Part shown: positions 8,761 through 18,755 of the stretch, piece by piece
How the letters are laid out: every line of letters starts with the position of its first letter
How positions within the stretch are numbered: the first letter of the stretch is position 1
DNA from: Chrysochromulina tobinii
Lineage: Eukaryota
Direction of reading: 5' to 3'
Length of the DNA stretch: 33,654 nucleotides
NCBI GenBank assembly: GCA_001275005.1
Contig: JWZX01002254.1
Span: 1 to 33,654 of the forward strand
Translations under genes and position numbers: made by a program
The notes under the pieces: model-generated
What the model saw: the letters and a program-made list of their open reading frames with translations, nothing else
What the model was told of the DNA's origin: nothing
The model's database searches: none

Positions 8761-11700
8761 ATGCTCGTCCCGGACGGCCCCGTGGTCTTCGTGCTCGGCG
8801 GCCCAGGCAGCGGGAAGGGCACGCAGTGCGCCAAGCTCGTTGAGCGGTACGGAGCGGCGCACTTCTCAGCGGGCGACCTGCTGCGCGCGGAGGCGAAGAA
8901 GGGTACCGAGCAGGGCAAGATGATCGACGAGATGATAAAGCAGGGGGCGCTCGTGCCTACGCAGATCACTCTCGACCTGCTCAAGGCGGCGATCAAGTCC
9001 CGCAAGGGGCCCTACCTGATCGACGGCTTCCCGCGCTCGCTTGACAATCTGCAAGCCTTTGACAACCAGGTGTACGGTGGGTGTGCCCTAACGCTGGTTT
9101 ACGACCTGTCGGAGGCGGCCATGGAAGAGCGCCTTTTGAAGCACGGCGAGACGTCGGGCCGAGCCGACGACAACGCCGCCACCATCAAGAAGCGTTTCAA
9201 GACCTTTTGGGATGAGTCGATGCCGGTGATCGACATCCTTCGAGCACGCAAGGGGGGCCTGATGGTGTCGACCATCGACGCGTCCCGGACGCCCCAAGAG
9301 GTGGCGATCGATACCTGGCGCGTGTTCGACAAGATCGCAAACGTGATCAACATGCTCGTCCCGGACGGCCCCGTGGTCTTCATGCTCGGCGCCCCTGGCA
9401 CGGGTAAGGGCGCGCAGTGCGCTAAGCTCGTCGAGCGATACGGCGCTGCACACATTAAAGTGAGTGACCTGCTGCGCGCGGAGGTGAAGAAGGGTACCGA
9501 GCAGGGCAAGATGATCGATGAGATCATGAAGGAACATGACGTAGTCCCCGCTCCAATCACTCTCGACCTGCTCAAGGCGGCGATCAAGACCCGCAAGGGG
9601 CCATACATTATCGACGGCTTCCCGCGCTCGCTTGACAATCTGCATGCCTTTGACGACCAGGTGTACGGGGGCCATCGAGGCTTTGGGTGTGCACTCGCGA
9701 TCTTTTACTTCATGGCGGATGCGGAGATTGCGGTAAAGCGGAAGCTGGAGAGGAATCAAACGCAAAAGAAAGGCATCCAAGATCTCGACGAGCACGCCGA
9801 AGAGCTCAGGAAGAAATTCCACAAGTTCAAGGGGCAGTGTATGCCGGTGATCGAGAAACTGAAAAATCGCGGCTTGCTCGCGACCGTCGACGGGCACCCC
9901 TCTTTCAATGCCGTGTTCACCGCCACCTGCAAGGCCTTCGATAAGGTGGCCGCCCCTCTCGTGACGTGGCGAAAGGCCCAGGTGACCGAATACCTCGCGA
10001 AGCATGCCATGAAGGAGCGGCTCGAGGCGGCCTTGCATGCGGCCGTTGGCTCCCAGGCGCCCGACCCGGCCAGTTTTGTCGCGGAGTGCATCGCACCCCC
10101 GGGCCCGCGCCGCCCACGAACCGCGTGCGGCACGTTCTTGCGTATTGTCACCGTGAACGACGTGTACAAGCTCGACAACTACCCCCGCGTCGCGAGCGCG
10201 GTCGCCGCCGCTAAGAAAGCGGCCGCGGCCCTCGACTGTGTAGTGATCTCAACCTTGCCAGGTGATGAGCGCTGACGACCTCCGATGACCCCCGATGGCC
10301 TCTGATGACCTCTGATGACCTCTGATGACTCGACTCTGTGTGGTGATCTCGACCTTGGCAGGTGACTTCTTGTCTCCGTGCCCTCTCACCGCTCTCGACG
10401 GCGGGCGGGCGATGACCGAGGGGCTCAACAAGGCTAAGATCGAATACGTCATGCTCGGCAACCACGAGCTTGACTATGGCTTCCAGTGGTCCGTGGATCG
10501 CATGCAAGCCTTCAAGGGCAAGGTGGGCCATGATTGCCTTGACTGCGATTGCTCTCGATCTGTCACTGAGGGGCTGCGCGTGCTCGATGCTCTGATGGCT
10601 CTGATGGCTCTGATGGCTCTGATGGCTCTGAGGGGCTGCGCGTGCTCGATGCTCGATGACCTTCTCTTGACGACTTACTCTCGTGCTCGATGCGCGATGC
10701 GGCAGTGCATCAACTCGAACATCACGACGAAGCCAATCGACACGTTCCCCAAGTACGCCGCCATTCCACGTGTGGGTTGATGACCTCTGAGGACCGCTGA
10801 TTGCGTCTCTCATGAGGGCTTGATGACCTCTGAGGACTACTGATTGCGTCTCTCATGATGGCTTGAGGACCTTTGAGGACCCTGATTACGTCTCTCCTCT
10901 CACAAGTGCGTCCATGATGACCTCTGGGGACCTCTGATGACCTCTGATTGCTTCCTCTCATAGGTACGACGTGATCCACGTGGGCGACCGAAGGGTGCTC
11001 ATGACCGCCTTCCTCTCGGCGGATACCTCCATCTACGCCCCGGCCAACACACCTACGGTCATCCCGCCCGCCGAGGCAGCGGTGGCGATTTGGAACGAAG
11101 CCAAGGAGGCCTTGGGGTACACCCCAGACGTGCACCTGCCCATGACGCACCAACTGGTGCCCGAAGACAAGGCCTTCTGCCTCGCGCTCGCCAAGCACAA
11201 GGAGCTGGGCCCACGCACGCCTATCGTACTGGGCGCGCACGAGCACGAGGTATACATTGACTCGTGTGGTGGTGCAAAGATCATCAAGACGGGCGCCGAT
11301 GCTGAAGAGATTGGATACGTTGATATTTGGTGGGGGACCGATGGCGTGATGCACTCAAAGGTAGAGCTGGTGCCCGGCTGTGAATTTGACGAGGAGCCTG
11401 AGGCGAAGAAGTTCTGCCTGGAGCAGGAGGACTTTGTTCGGCGGGTGATGTCCGCACCGCTGATGCCAATCCCGGCGTTCATGAGCTCCAAGACGGTGCG
11501 CCACTCGCCTTCTGGGGTGGAGATGATGACCTCTCTGATGACCACTGATTTCCTCCCTCATCAGGTGCGCCACTCGCCTTCTGGGGTGGCCACGCTACTC
11601 CTCACCCAAATGCTGCGTGGATTCCGAAAAGAGAAAGTGGAGCTGTGCGTGGTCCACGGCGGCAGTGTGCGCGCTGGCAAGGAGTATCAGGCCAATACGA

Positions 11701-12326
11701 CCTTTACGATGGGCGATCTCTTCGCGGAGTTCGCATTTGATGGACCTATGGCGGTGATCTTGGTCAAGGGCTCGATCCTTCAAGCATCCACGGCCAACAC
11801 GCGCAACGCTCCCAAGCCCGCGCCCGACTTCCTCCACTTTGATGAAGGAGTCGTCATCGAGCCCGAGAAGCATGCCATCCTCTCTGTTGGGGGCGTTCCC
11901 TTCGACCCCGAGAAGATGTACAAGATTGCGATCAACCAGCTGCTGCTCACCGGGCTCAACGTGATCGAGCCTCTGATGAGCTACGTGCGCGCCAACGTCA
12001 AGGTGCCCACCGAAGAGAGTTGCCGCCTGAGCAAGAACGTGGTCATCGAGGTCTCCATGAAGGACGTCTGGCGCCACCTGATCGACTTCCAGTCTTTTGA
12101 TGAGGACGGGAACGGAGCGATCGAGGACGCGGAGTTGCGCGCGGGGATCAAGAAGTTCTTCGCGCAGGTGGCGAGCCGACCAGAAGGAATCTCCGTCGAG
12201 GAGGTGGCCGCCCTCATCAAGAAGAAGCAAGGGCACCTCTCCCTCGTCGAGCAGCTCGTCAAGACGCTGGACACCAACGGCGACGGCTACATCGACGAGG
12301 AAGAGATGCTTGCGTTGTCCCACTGA
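8761..12326 (+). CDS. Fusion protein: two adenylate/UMP-CMP kinase domains + Dpy-30/RIIa-like motif + 5'-nucleotidase (metallophosphoesterase and C-terminal domain) + EF-hands, 5 exons, ~1000 aa
   Basis: Predicted exons 8761-10261, 10362-10522, 10706-10752, 10964-11495, 11565-12326 (3003 nt, phases consistent). P-loops GGPGSGKGTQ and GAPGTGKGAQ; DGFPR twice; EYLAKH...LEAAL...PDPASFVAE; NDVY, GDFLSP, GNHELD, MTH, GAHEH, GGSVR; EF loops DEDGNGAIEDAE and DTNGDGYIDEEE. Confidence 0.88.
11496..11564 (+). mobile_element. Candidate young introner-like intron: perfect 25-bp duplication plus a 44-nt insert supplying the acceptor
   Basis: gtgcgccactcgccttctggggtgg is identical at 11496-11520 and 11565-11589. 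The insert is agatgatgacctctctgatgaccactgatttcctccctcatcag. The mobile-element interpretation is inference. Confidence 0.55.
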
Positions 12327-12798
12327 TGACCCACTGTGATTCCCCACAGACTGTTTCGTCACAGCCGTTCTCATGTGGGATTCTCCGACGGAAGGCATAG
12401 CACAGGACGAGGATCGACGAGCAAAGGGGTTGCAGCGTCCACTGTCCATGTATGCCAGACGTCATGGGCTAGGCTTCTTGGGATGTGGTTTGATGCGCTG
12501 TGGAGGCTCAACTTCAGTTGTCTTTAGATCTAGGGCTGGCATTGACGAATCATTGAGCATGCGGAATAGCATGGAATGGGCCCCGCGCCTTCGAGAGCGC
12601 TCCGTGTTGTATGTGACTACGGCCTCCCGTGTGAAGCTGTGAACGCCTCTCCGGTGCTATGACATGTATGTAGTGTTGCGTCACGGGCCGAGAGTTCTCG
12701 GGAACTGAAATTCATGTATTATTATGACGAATTACCAAATGAAGAGACGAATTCCAAATGAAGAGTTCCGTTCCTTGTTTCATCATCAAGAATCTTTT

Positions 12799-13377
12799 AT
12801 GAGGTCCATGCTCACATGCCTTCTGCTCGCCACCGAGCTGACGTGCGCGAGCGCGCTCTCGTTGAGGCGAACCGTCCTGCAATCGTCTCTGCCGCGGCGG
12901 ATGCCGCCACAATCGCCGGCGCAGAGCAAGCGCACCACGATCACCCAAGCGTCTCTCCTCGAGCCACTCGCCGTTGTCTTGCGTCGCGCCGTGCCTACGG
13001 TGGCGCGAAATTCGTCGCCGCTCGCCTTTGCCGCACCGGTGCTCGCCTTTGCCGCGCCTGGCCTCATCTTCAGCAAGCCTCGAATCATCGTCACCCTCGT
13101 TGCGGCCATTGGATTGATTGGAGGCAACTTCATCCACCGCCAATTTTGCAAGGATGCGGTAGATGAGTGCCCAGTTTCGATTCCTGACTGGTGGGAGTCC
13201 AATGCGTTTACCAACCTTGCCGTGGCCATGGCCAGTGCTGGCGCCGAGGCTGCGGCCGCAGCCATCAGCGTGGGTGCGGCAGCTGTGAGCAGCACTCTGT
13301 CCGAGGACTCCCTCGAATCGTCCAAGGGGGACCCCAAAGTCTGGCTGACCTCCGGGGACAGGGCAGACGACATTTGA
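12799..13377 (+). CDS. Hypothetical protein with a signal-peptide-like N-terminus and hydrophobic segment(s)
   Basis: MRSMLTCLLLATELTCASA-LSLRRTVL... is followed by an S/R/P-rich stretch (bipartite targeting-like) and the hydrophobic IIVTLVAAIGLIGG. No family recognised; start codon uncertain (12724, 12799 or 12808). Confidence 0.5.
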   Translation: MRSMLTCLLLATELTCASALSLRRTVLQSSLPRRMPPQSPAQSKRTTITQASLLEPLAVVLRRAVPTVARNSSPLAFAAPVLAFAAPGLIFSKPRIIVTLVAAIGLIGGNFIHRQFCKDAVDECPVSIPDWWESNAFTNLAVAMASAGAEAAAAAISVGAAAVSSTLSEDSLESSKGDPKVWLTSGDRADDI

Positions 13378-13698
13378 GCAACGAGTCGCGTATGAGTGCT
13401 TGAGGCGTGGCAGGCGGTCTGTCCTTAAGGAGTTGTCGTCGTATTTATAATCTGTGGGTGTCATCTGATACCGTATCGACCGGATCACCCGACACCCGCG
13501 AGCCGCGGGGCACTGTTGCACGACAGCGGGACAGCGGTTTCCATGGCGCTCGAACCCGTGCTGTGCCTGTGCCAGCCTAAGTGCCAGCCGGCGTGCGCGG
13601 CGCACACGCGCGGACGAACGCCTTGACATGTCCAGACATCTGGCTCGACCCAAATATGGACACCTGGCTCGACCGCTTCATCGCGGTCTGCTCCGCCC

Positions 13699-13824
13699 CA
13701 CACCTTGGAGCGCCGTGGGAGGACCTGTGTTCACACCTTGGAGCGCTGGGAGGACCTGTGTTCACACCTTGGAGCGCTGGGAGGACCTGTGTTCACACCT
13801 TTGAGCGCTGGGAGGACCTGTGTT
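13699..13824. repeat. 31-bp minisatellite, 4 copies
   Basis: The unit cacaccttggagcgctgggaggacctgtgtt starts at 13699, 13732, 13763 and 13794, with no spacers. Confidence 0.92.
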
Positions 13825-13909
13825 CGTGCCCGCGCCCGTCACAGCGCCCGTCATGCGCCTGTCCCTTTGCGCCTACGCCTTGGATTTCGTCATCATCGCC
13901 GCGTCATGA

Positions 13910-16654
13910 TCATCGCTTCTTCTTGCGCTTCGTCTCCTTGCCTTTGGCGCCCTTGTTGATGAAGATCTTCATCGCCCTCTTCTTGAGCGCCTCGCGATCG
14001 AGCACCTGGTTCAGCGGGTCATCGGCAGCTCCCTCCTCGTCGCCCTCCTCGCCCTCGTCGCCTTCCTCCTCGTCGTCCTCGTCCCCGGGCACCTTGAACT
14101 CCTTCGCAGACGCGCCCGCCGCCATCAGCAGCGGAGCGAGCGCCTCCGCCGACTCCATCCCATCGCGGGCCACCAGTCCCCGCCCCTTGAGAGCGGCGAC
14201 CAAGCTCATACGGTACTCCTCTCCCGTCATCACTGGCGAGGGTGCCCCAGGCGCCGTACTGGGCGAGAAGGGGGACCTCTCATCAGGCGCCGTACTGGGC
14301 GCAGGCGGCTCCGTCACCACCGCCAGTCCGCCCTCAGCCTCTTCACCGTCGGCGTCGCCCGGGACGGCGCCTTCGGCGTCGGCCGGTCTGGCACTGCCCT
14401 CTGCCGCTTCGGAACTGCCAGCCGCCTCGTCGGCGGCATTGGACAGCGCCGCCGCCGCCACCGCCGCCGCCACCGCCGCCACCGCCGCCTCCTCCTCCTC
14501 CTCCGCCGCCTCCGCCTCCGCCACCGTCGCCGTCGCCGTCGCGTTCGCCGGCAGCGCCGTCCTGTGCGCCGGCAGCGCCGCCTTCCCGATGAGCTCGCGG
14601 AGCAGCCCGAGGCTCTCCTCGAGCGCCTCGACGGTCAAGTGGTCCTGGCTCCTCTCCGCCTCCAGCGCGCCCGGGACGGCGCCGGGTCGGGCGCCGTGTC
14701 GAGCGCCCTTGAGGGCCATCTGCGCCGTCGTGGGCGTCGAGCCCTCCTTCGCGGGCGTCGTCCCGGGCGTGCCGAAGGCCTGCTGCACCGCGCTCTCGGC
14801 GGAGCGCTTCGCCTTCACCTTGCCTGGAGAGGGCGAGGCCTCGGGCAGCATCAGGTCAGCACGGGAGTCGAGCACGGCGGCGGTTTCGCCACTCAAATCT
14901 CCCGCCTTGAGCAGCCCCGTCGGAGGCGGGACTGAGGGCGGATGCAGGATCATGAGCCCCAGCGCGAGATCGCTGGCGTGCTGCTGCCGACCGCCCTTAC
15001 GCCAGACGCCCGTCCCTTTGCCCTCAGTGCCCGAGACGGCGCCCGCGAGCGGCGCGGCGCCGCGGAGCCCCTTGGCAGTGTGGAGCATGCGGCTGAGCTG
15101 CGCTACAGCGGCGTGGGCGTGCTGCATGATGGCCGCCGTGCGCTTCGCTCGTGAACGAGCCGCGCGCAGCTGGCGCTGCTGCTCGAGGCGAGACTCCTCG
15201 CCCTGGCCCTGTGGGGATTGGGCGCGCGCTGTGGTGAGCGCTTGCATGCAGGGCAGGTAACATCAGTGGCAATCAACGTACCTGGCCCTGTGGGGATTGG
15301 GGGCGCCCTGTGGGGATCGGCGGCGAGCCGGCGCGGTTATCGGACGTGTAACGGAGCTGCAGCAGCTTCTTCTTGCGCTCGTGAAACCTGAGGACGGGCG
15401 CCCGATACGGCGCGCGATCAGAGCTCCTCGGCGGCAATCAGAGGTCCATCAGCGCACTCCTTGGAGAGCAATCAGAAGCTCATCAGAGGTCCATCAGAGG
15501 TCCATCAGAGGTCCATCAGCGGTCCTTCAGAGGTCCATCAGAGGTCCATCAGCGTACTCCTTGGAGAGCAGCTCGATCGACCTGGTCGCCTGTCGATGGA
15601 GGTTGGCTAGCAGAGCGAAGGTCTCCTCCTGCGCCTTGAACTTCTCAACGATCAGGTCAGCTTCCGAGGTGCCCATCACCTGGCGCGAAGAAGGGCGCAC
15701 ACTTCTTATTAGTCGTCATCCAATGGGTACTCAGAGGTCATCCGAGGCACTCAGAGGTCATCCGAGGCACTCAGAGATCATCAGAGGTCATCAGAGGTCA
15801 TCCGTGGCACTCAGAAAGCACTCTGCGCGCCCTCAGCCACCCTCAGCGCACCTCCGCAATCAAGAGCCATCACGAGTCATCACGCGCCATCACGCGCCCT
15901 CACGCGCCCTCACGCGCCCTCAGCGCACCTCCGCTATCGAGTCGAAGATGAGCTGGAGCTTGGCGATGCGATCTCGCTCATCGTCGAGCGAGCCGACGGA
16001 TGTGAGGTGCTCGTTGCGAGAGAGCGCGTCCAGCCGCTCCGCCTCCAGAGCACGCAGCTTCTCCGCCGTGCGTGTCGCGTGATCCGCCGCGGCCTGCTGC
16101 CGGGCCTGCAGCTTGTCGCGCTTGGCCTGTAGCTTCTCCGCCTGCGCGGCGAGCTCGAACGAGAGTGTCTTATCCTGACGGAAGAGCTCTGCCTCGGCCG
16201 CGTTGCGCACGTCCGTCGCGTCCTTGAGCATCAGGTACAGCTTCTTCGCGTCCGCCTGCTTCGCGCTCGATTGGAAGTCGATCTCGTTCAGGTCGCGCCG
16301 GTAGGTCTTCTCCTCGCTGCGGATGCGCTCGATCATCAGCCCGTAGGTGCTATGGTCGTGGTTGGCCACATCAATCTCCGCCTCGACGTCCGCGAGCTCC
16401 GCCTCGAGCTCCGCGACCTCCGCCGCGTCCTCGTTGGCGCCAGCCGACAAGTCTGCCGACTTTGTGAAGCCGCTGGTACGCTCGACCATCTGGTGGAGCT
16501 TTTGCCGCAGCGTGATGCACTCGGCAGTGATCTCATCGTGCCGCTTGCGCAGCTTCGTCGCCTCCGCGTTCAGCGCCCTCAACGCCACCTCCGGCTCGGG
16601 CTCCGGCTTCAACTCCGTGCTCATGGCGCAGAAACCCGAACCGCCAGCGTCCAT
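13910..16654 (-). CDS. Coiled-coil protein resembling outer dynein arm docking complex subunits (ODAD1/ODAD3-like), 4 exons
   Basis: Predicted exons 16654 (or 16624)-15929, 15679-15558, 15387-15282, 15202-13910, phases consistent. The spliced product reads ...KLQLIFDSIAEVMGTSEADLIVEKFKAQEETFALL...KKKLLQLRYT, which resembles the docking-complex family as I recall it. Low-complexity acidic/basic C-terminus. Confidence 0.72.
15203..15281 (-). mobile_element. Family A introner-like intron (79 nt) with a perfect 20-bp duplication supplying the acceptor AG
   Basis: Sense sequence gtacgttgattgccactgatgttacctgccctgcatgcaagcgctcaccacagcgcgcg + cccaatccccacagggccag. The last 20 nt are identical to the upstream exon end (15282-15301). 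The core matches introns 31025-31098 and 32151-32229. Confidence 0.65.
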
Positions 16655-16788
16655 TCATGAACAGGGCTGTGAAAGCAGTTGTCTTGCAACGATGGGACTT
16701 AGGGAAAGGGTATGCGCGCGATCGCTCGCCTGCAACTGAAAGTAAGCAGACCCTCCGAAACCGTGGCAGGAGTCATCCGCACGCGTCA

Positions 16789-18255
16789 ATGAGCGCTGCG
16801 TTGCGTGCGTGCCAGAGAGTCGCGATGATCGATGCCACCGCGCCGGATGGCACGCGTCTGCACCTCTCCGCGCATTCAGTGAGCGGTTACAAGGGCGTGT
16901 TCGAGTCTGCGGGACGCTACCAGGCTCAAGTGCGCGTCGGTGGCAAACAAAAATACATTGGCATCTTTCCGACGAAGATGGAGGCCGCGATCGCCGTCGC
17001 GCGCGCCATAGGCGAGCCATCGGATGATCCCGATGCCGATCTTGCGACGGCGACGGACGTTCGCGACGGAGGCCATGGCGCGGCCACGGAGGACGCAGAC
17101 ATGGCCGAGGCCGAGGCAGACATGGCCGAGGCAGGGGACGCTGGAAGTGGGCCCCAGGTGGAGGTCACATCGACCAAGGTGGAGGTCACATCGACCAAGG
17201 TAGACGACGACGACGACGACCAGGGCGGCTCGTCCATCGGTCCGTACTCGGCCGAAGTGGTCGGGCAGATGCGCGGGCCGGAGCTACGCCGGGCGGTGCG
17301 CGGCGCCTTGACCGAGTCGGGCAAGACGCAGACTGCCTTCGCCATCGCGCTTGGTGTGAACCCCGCCTACCTGTCCCAGTGGCTGAACCAGAACTGGTAC
17401 GGGCACACGCATGGCAGGCCCAAGGTGGAGAGATTCATCGAGGGGAGGGTGCGCGCGTACCTTCGCGGCGGGGCCCTCGAGCCCGTGCATGCATGCATGG
17501 GGCCGCCGGCACCTGGCGGCGCCACCAGCAGTGCGCCCACCCAGCCCATGCATGCATGCAAACATGCACAAGGCGGCGCCACCAGCAGTGCGCCCGCCCA
17601 ACCCATGGAACGGCGGCGCCAGCCTAGGGCGACGTCGACGGCAGCGACGGGTGACGCGGCATTGCGCCAACGACTCTTTTCGAATCTGGTAGACGAGGTG
17701 CAAGGCGGGAGCTCGTCGACTGATGACCTCTGATGATCCTTGATGACACTTGATGACACTTGATTGCATCCCTCATCGGGTGCGAGGCGGGAGCTCGTCG
17801 ACTGATGACCTCTGATGATCCATGATTGCATCCCTCATCAGGTGCAAGGCAGGAGCTCGACAAGCACGAATGGTGGTGCGAGCGGCGGTGCGAGCGGCAG
17901 GGACGGCGGAGGAGGAGGAGGCCGCCATCATCGGGCCCTGAGCGCCGTCCTGAGCGTCGAACGGCCCGTCGCGTCGCCAGAGTCGATCGCGGCAGCGGAG
18001 CGAGCGAAACGGGACGCGCTCATGGAGGGCTTAGCCTTCGAACCAGACCGCAAGGGCCCCACTGGGTTGCTCGGGGTGCGGGCACGCGGTGCGGGCGACG
18101 CGCTGCGGTATACGGCCACGATCACCTGGATCACTGGACGGCTGAAGCGCAAGGCTCGTGTGCTGGGCACCTCCTTCCTGGCGGCCGAGGAGGCGGCGCT
18201 CTCCATCGCTCGTGCGCGGAAGGCCCTCAAGACGGGACAAATGCTGCCCTTTTGA
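16789..18255 (+). CDS. AP2-domain DNA-binding protein with a central Cro/C1-type HTH and a second AP2-like domain, 2 exons, ~440 aa
   Basis: Predicted exons 16789-17697 and 17842-18255. AP2: SGYKGVFESAGRYQAQVRVGGKQKYIGIFPTKMEAAIAVAR. HTH: TQTAFAIALGVNPAYLSQWLN. Second AP2-like domain: TGLLGVR...RYTATI...LGTSFLAAEEAALSIAR. Start codon uncertain (16657, 16789 or 16825). Confidence 0.82.
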
Positions 18256-18755
18256 ACATGGCCTTGGTACATTTCGTGCCTTCTGGTCCAATGGTCTATT
18301 ATGCAACCGAACACGAAGAGCACGTGTATTATGCCGATGTGCCCCGGGACCTTAAACGTGTATTAAACGTGAACATAGGAAGTCACATAGAAAGGGTTGA
18401 CTTTGAACCGACACATACCTTTGACGTGATACCTAGCACGGCGCGGCACGACGTCGGCCCAGGGGGGATTAGGCGTCGGGAGCCGCGCACACCGGCCTCC
18501 CTCCTCCCGAACGCGAAACGCGTGTGCCACTGTGCTCACAGTCGACTGTGCCTCTACCTCTATGGTTTGTACGTCTTTCGTCTTTGGTTTGAATCTTTCA
18601 TCGCTAATATCGTTGAACCAAAGACGTACATGAATTAATCGGAAACGATACAAAATGGTGTCGTGAAAAACACGATCGTTCGACGTATGTGCACCGGCCG
18701 ATTCTACGACAAACCTTCCCGCTTTTCGGCCTAGCTGCCGGGTACTTTCTGGAGT

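Noticed and set aside
13699..13824. 31-bp repeats as a CRISPR array
   Set aside because: The units are contiguous with no unique spacers, there are no cas genes, and the context is eukaryotic.
13581..15260. 559-aa plus-strand ORF, and similar shadow ORFs such as 910-1866, 9088-10038, 11595-12449 and 21703-22710
   Set aside because: They are antisense or off-frame shadows of better-supported genes in GC-rich DNA, with no recognisable domains.
15203..15281. Classical MITE or DNA transposon identity for the intron inserts
   Set aside because: I found no terminal inverted repeats, the duplication length varies, and no transposase or RT is encoded in the window.
18258..18638. AT-richer ORF (MALVHFVPSG...) just after the AP2 gene stop
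   Set aside because: It starts 3 nt after the upstream stop, has atypical base composition and no recognisable domain; more likely 3' UTR.
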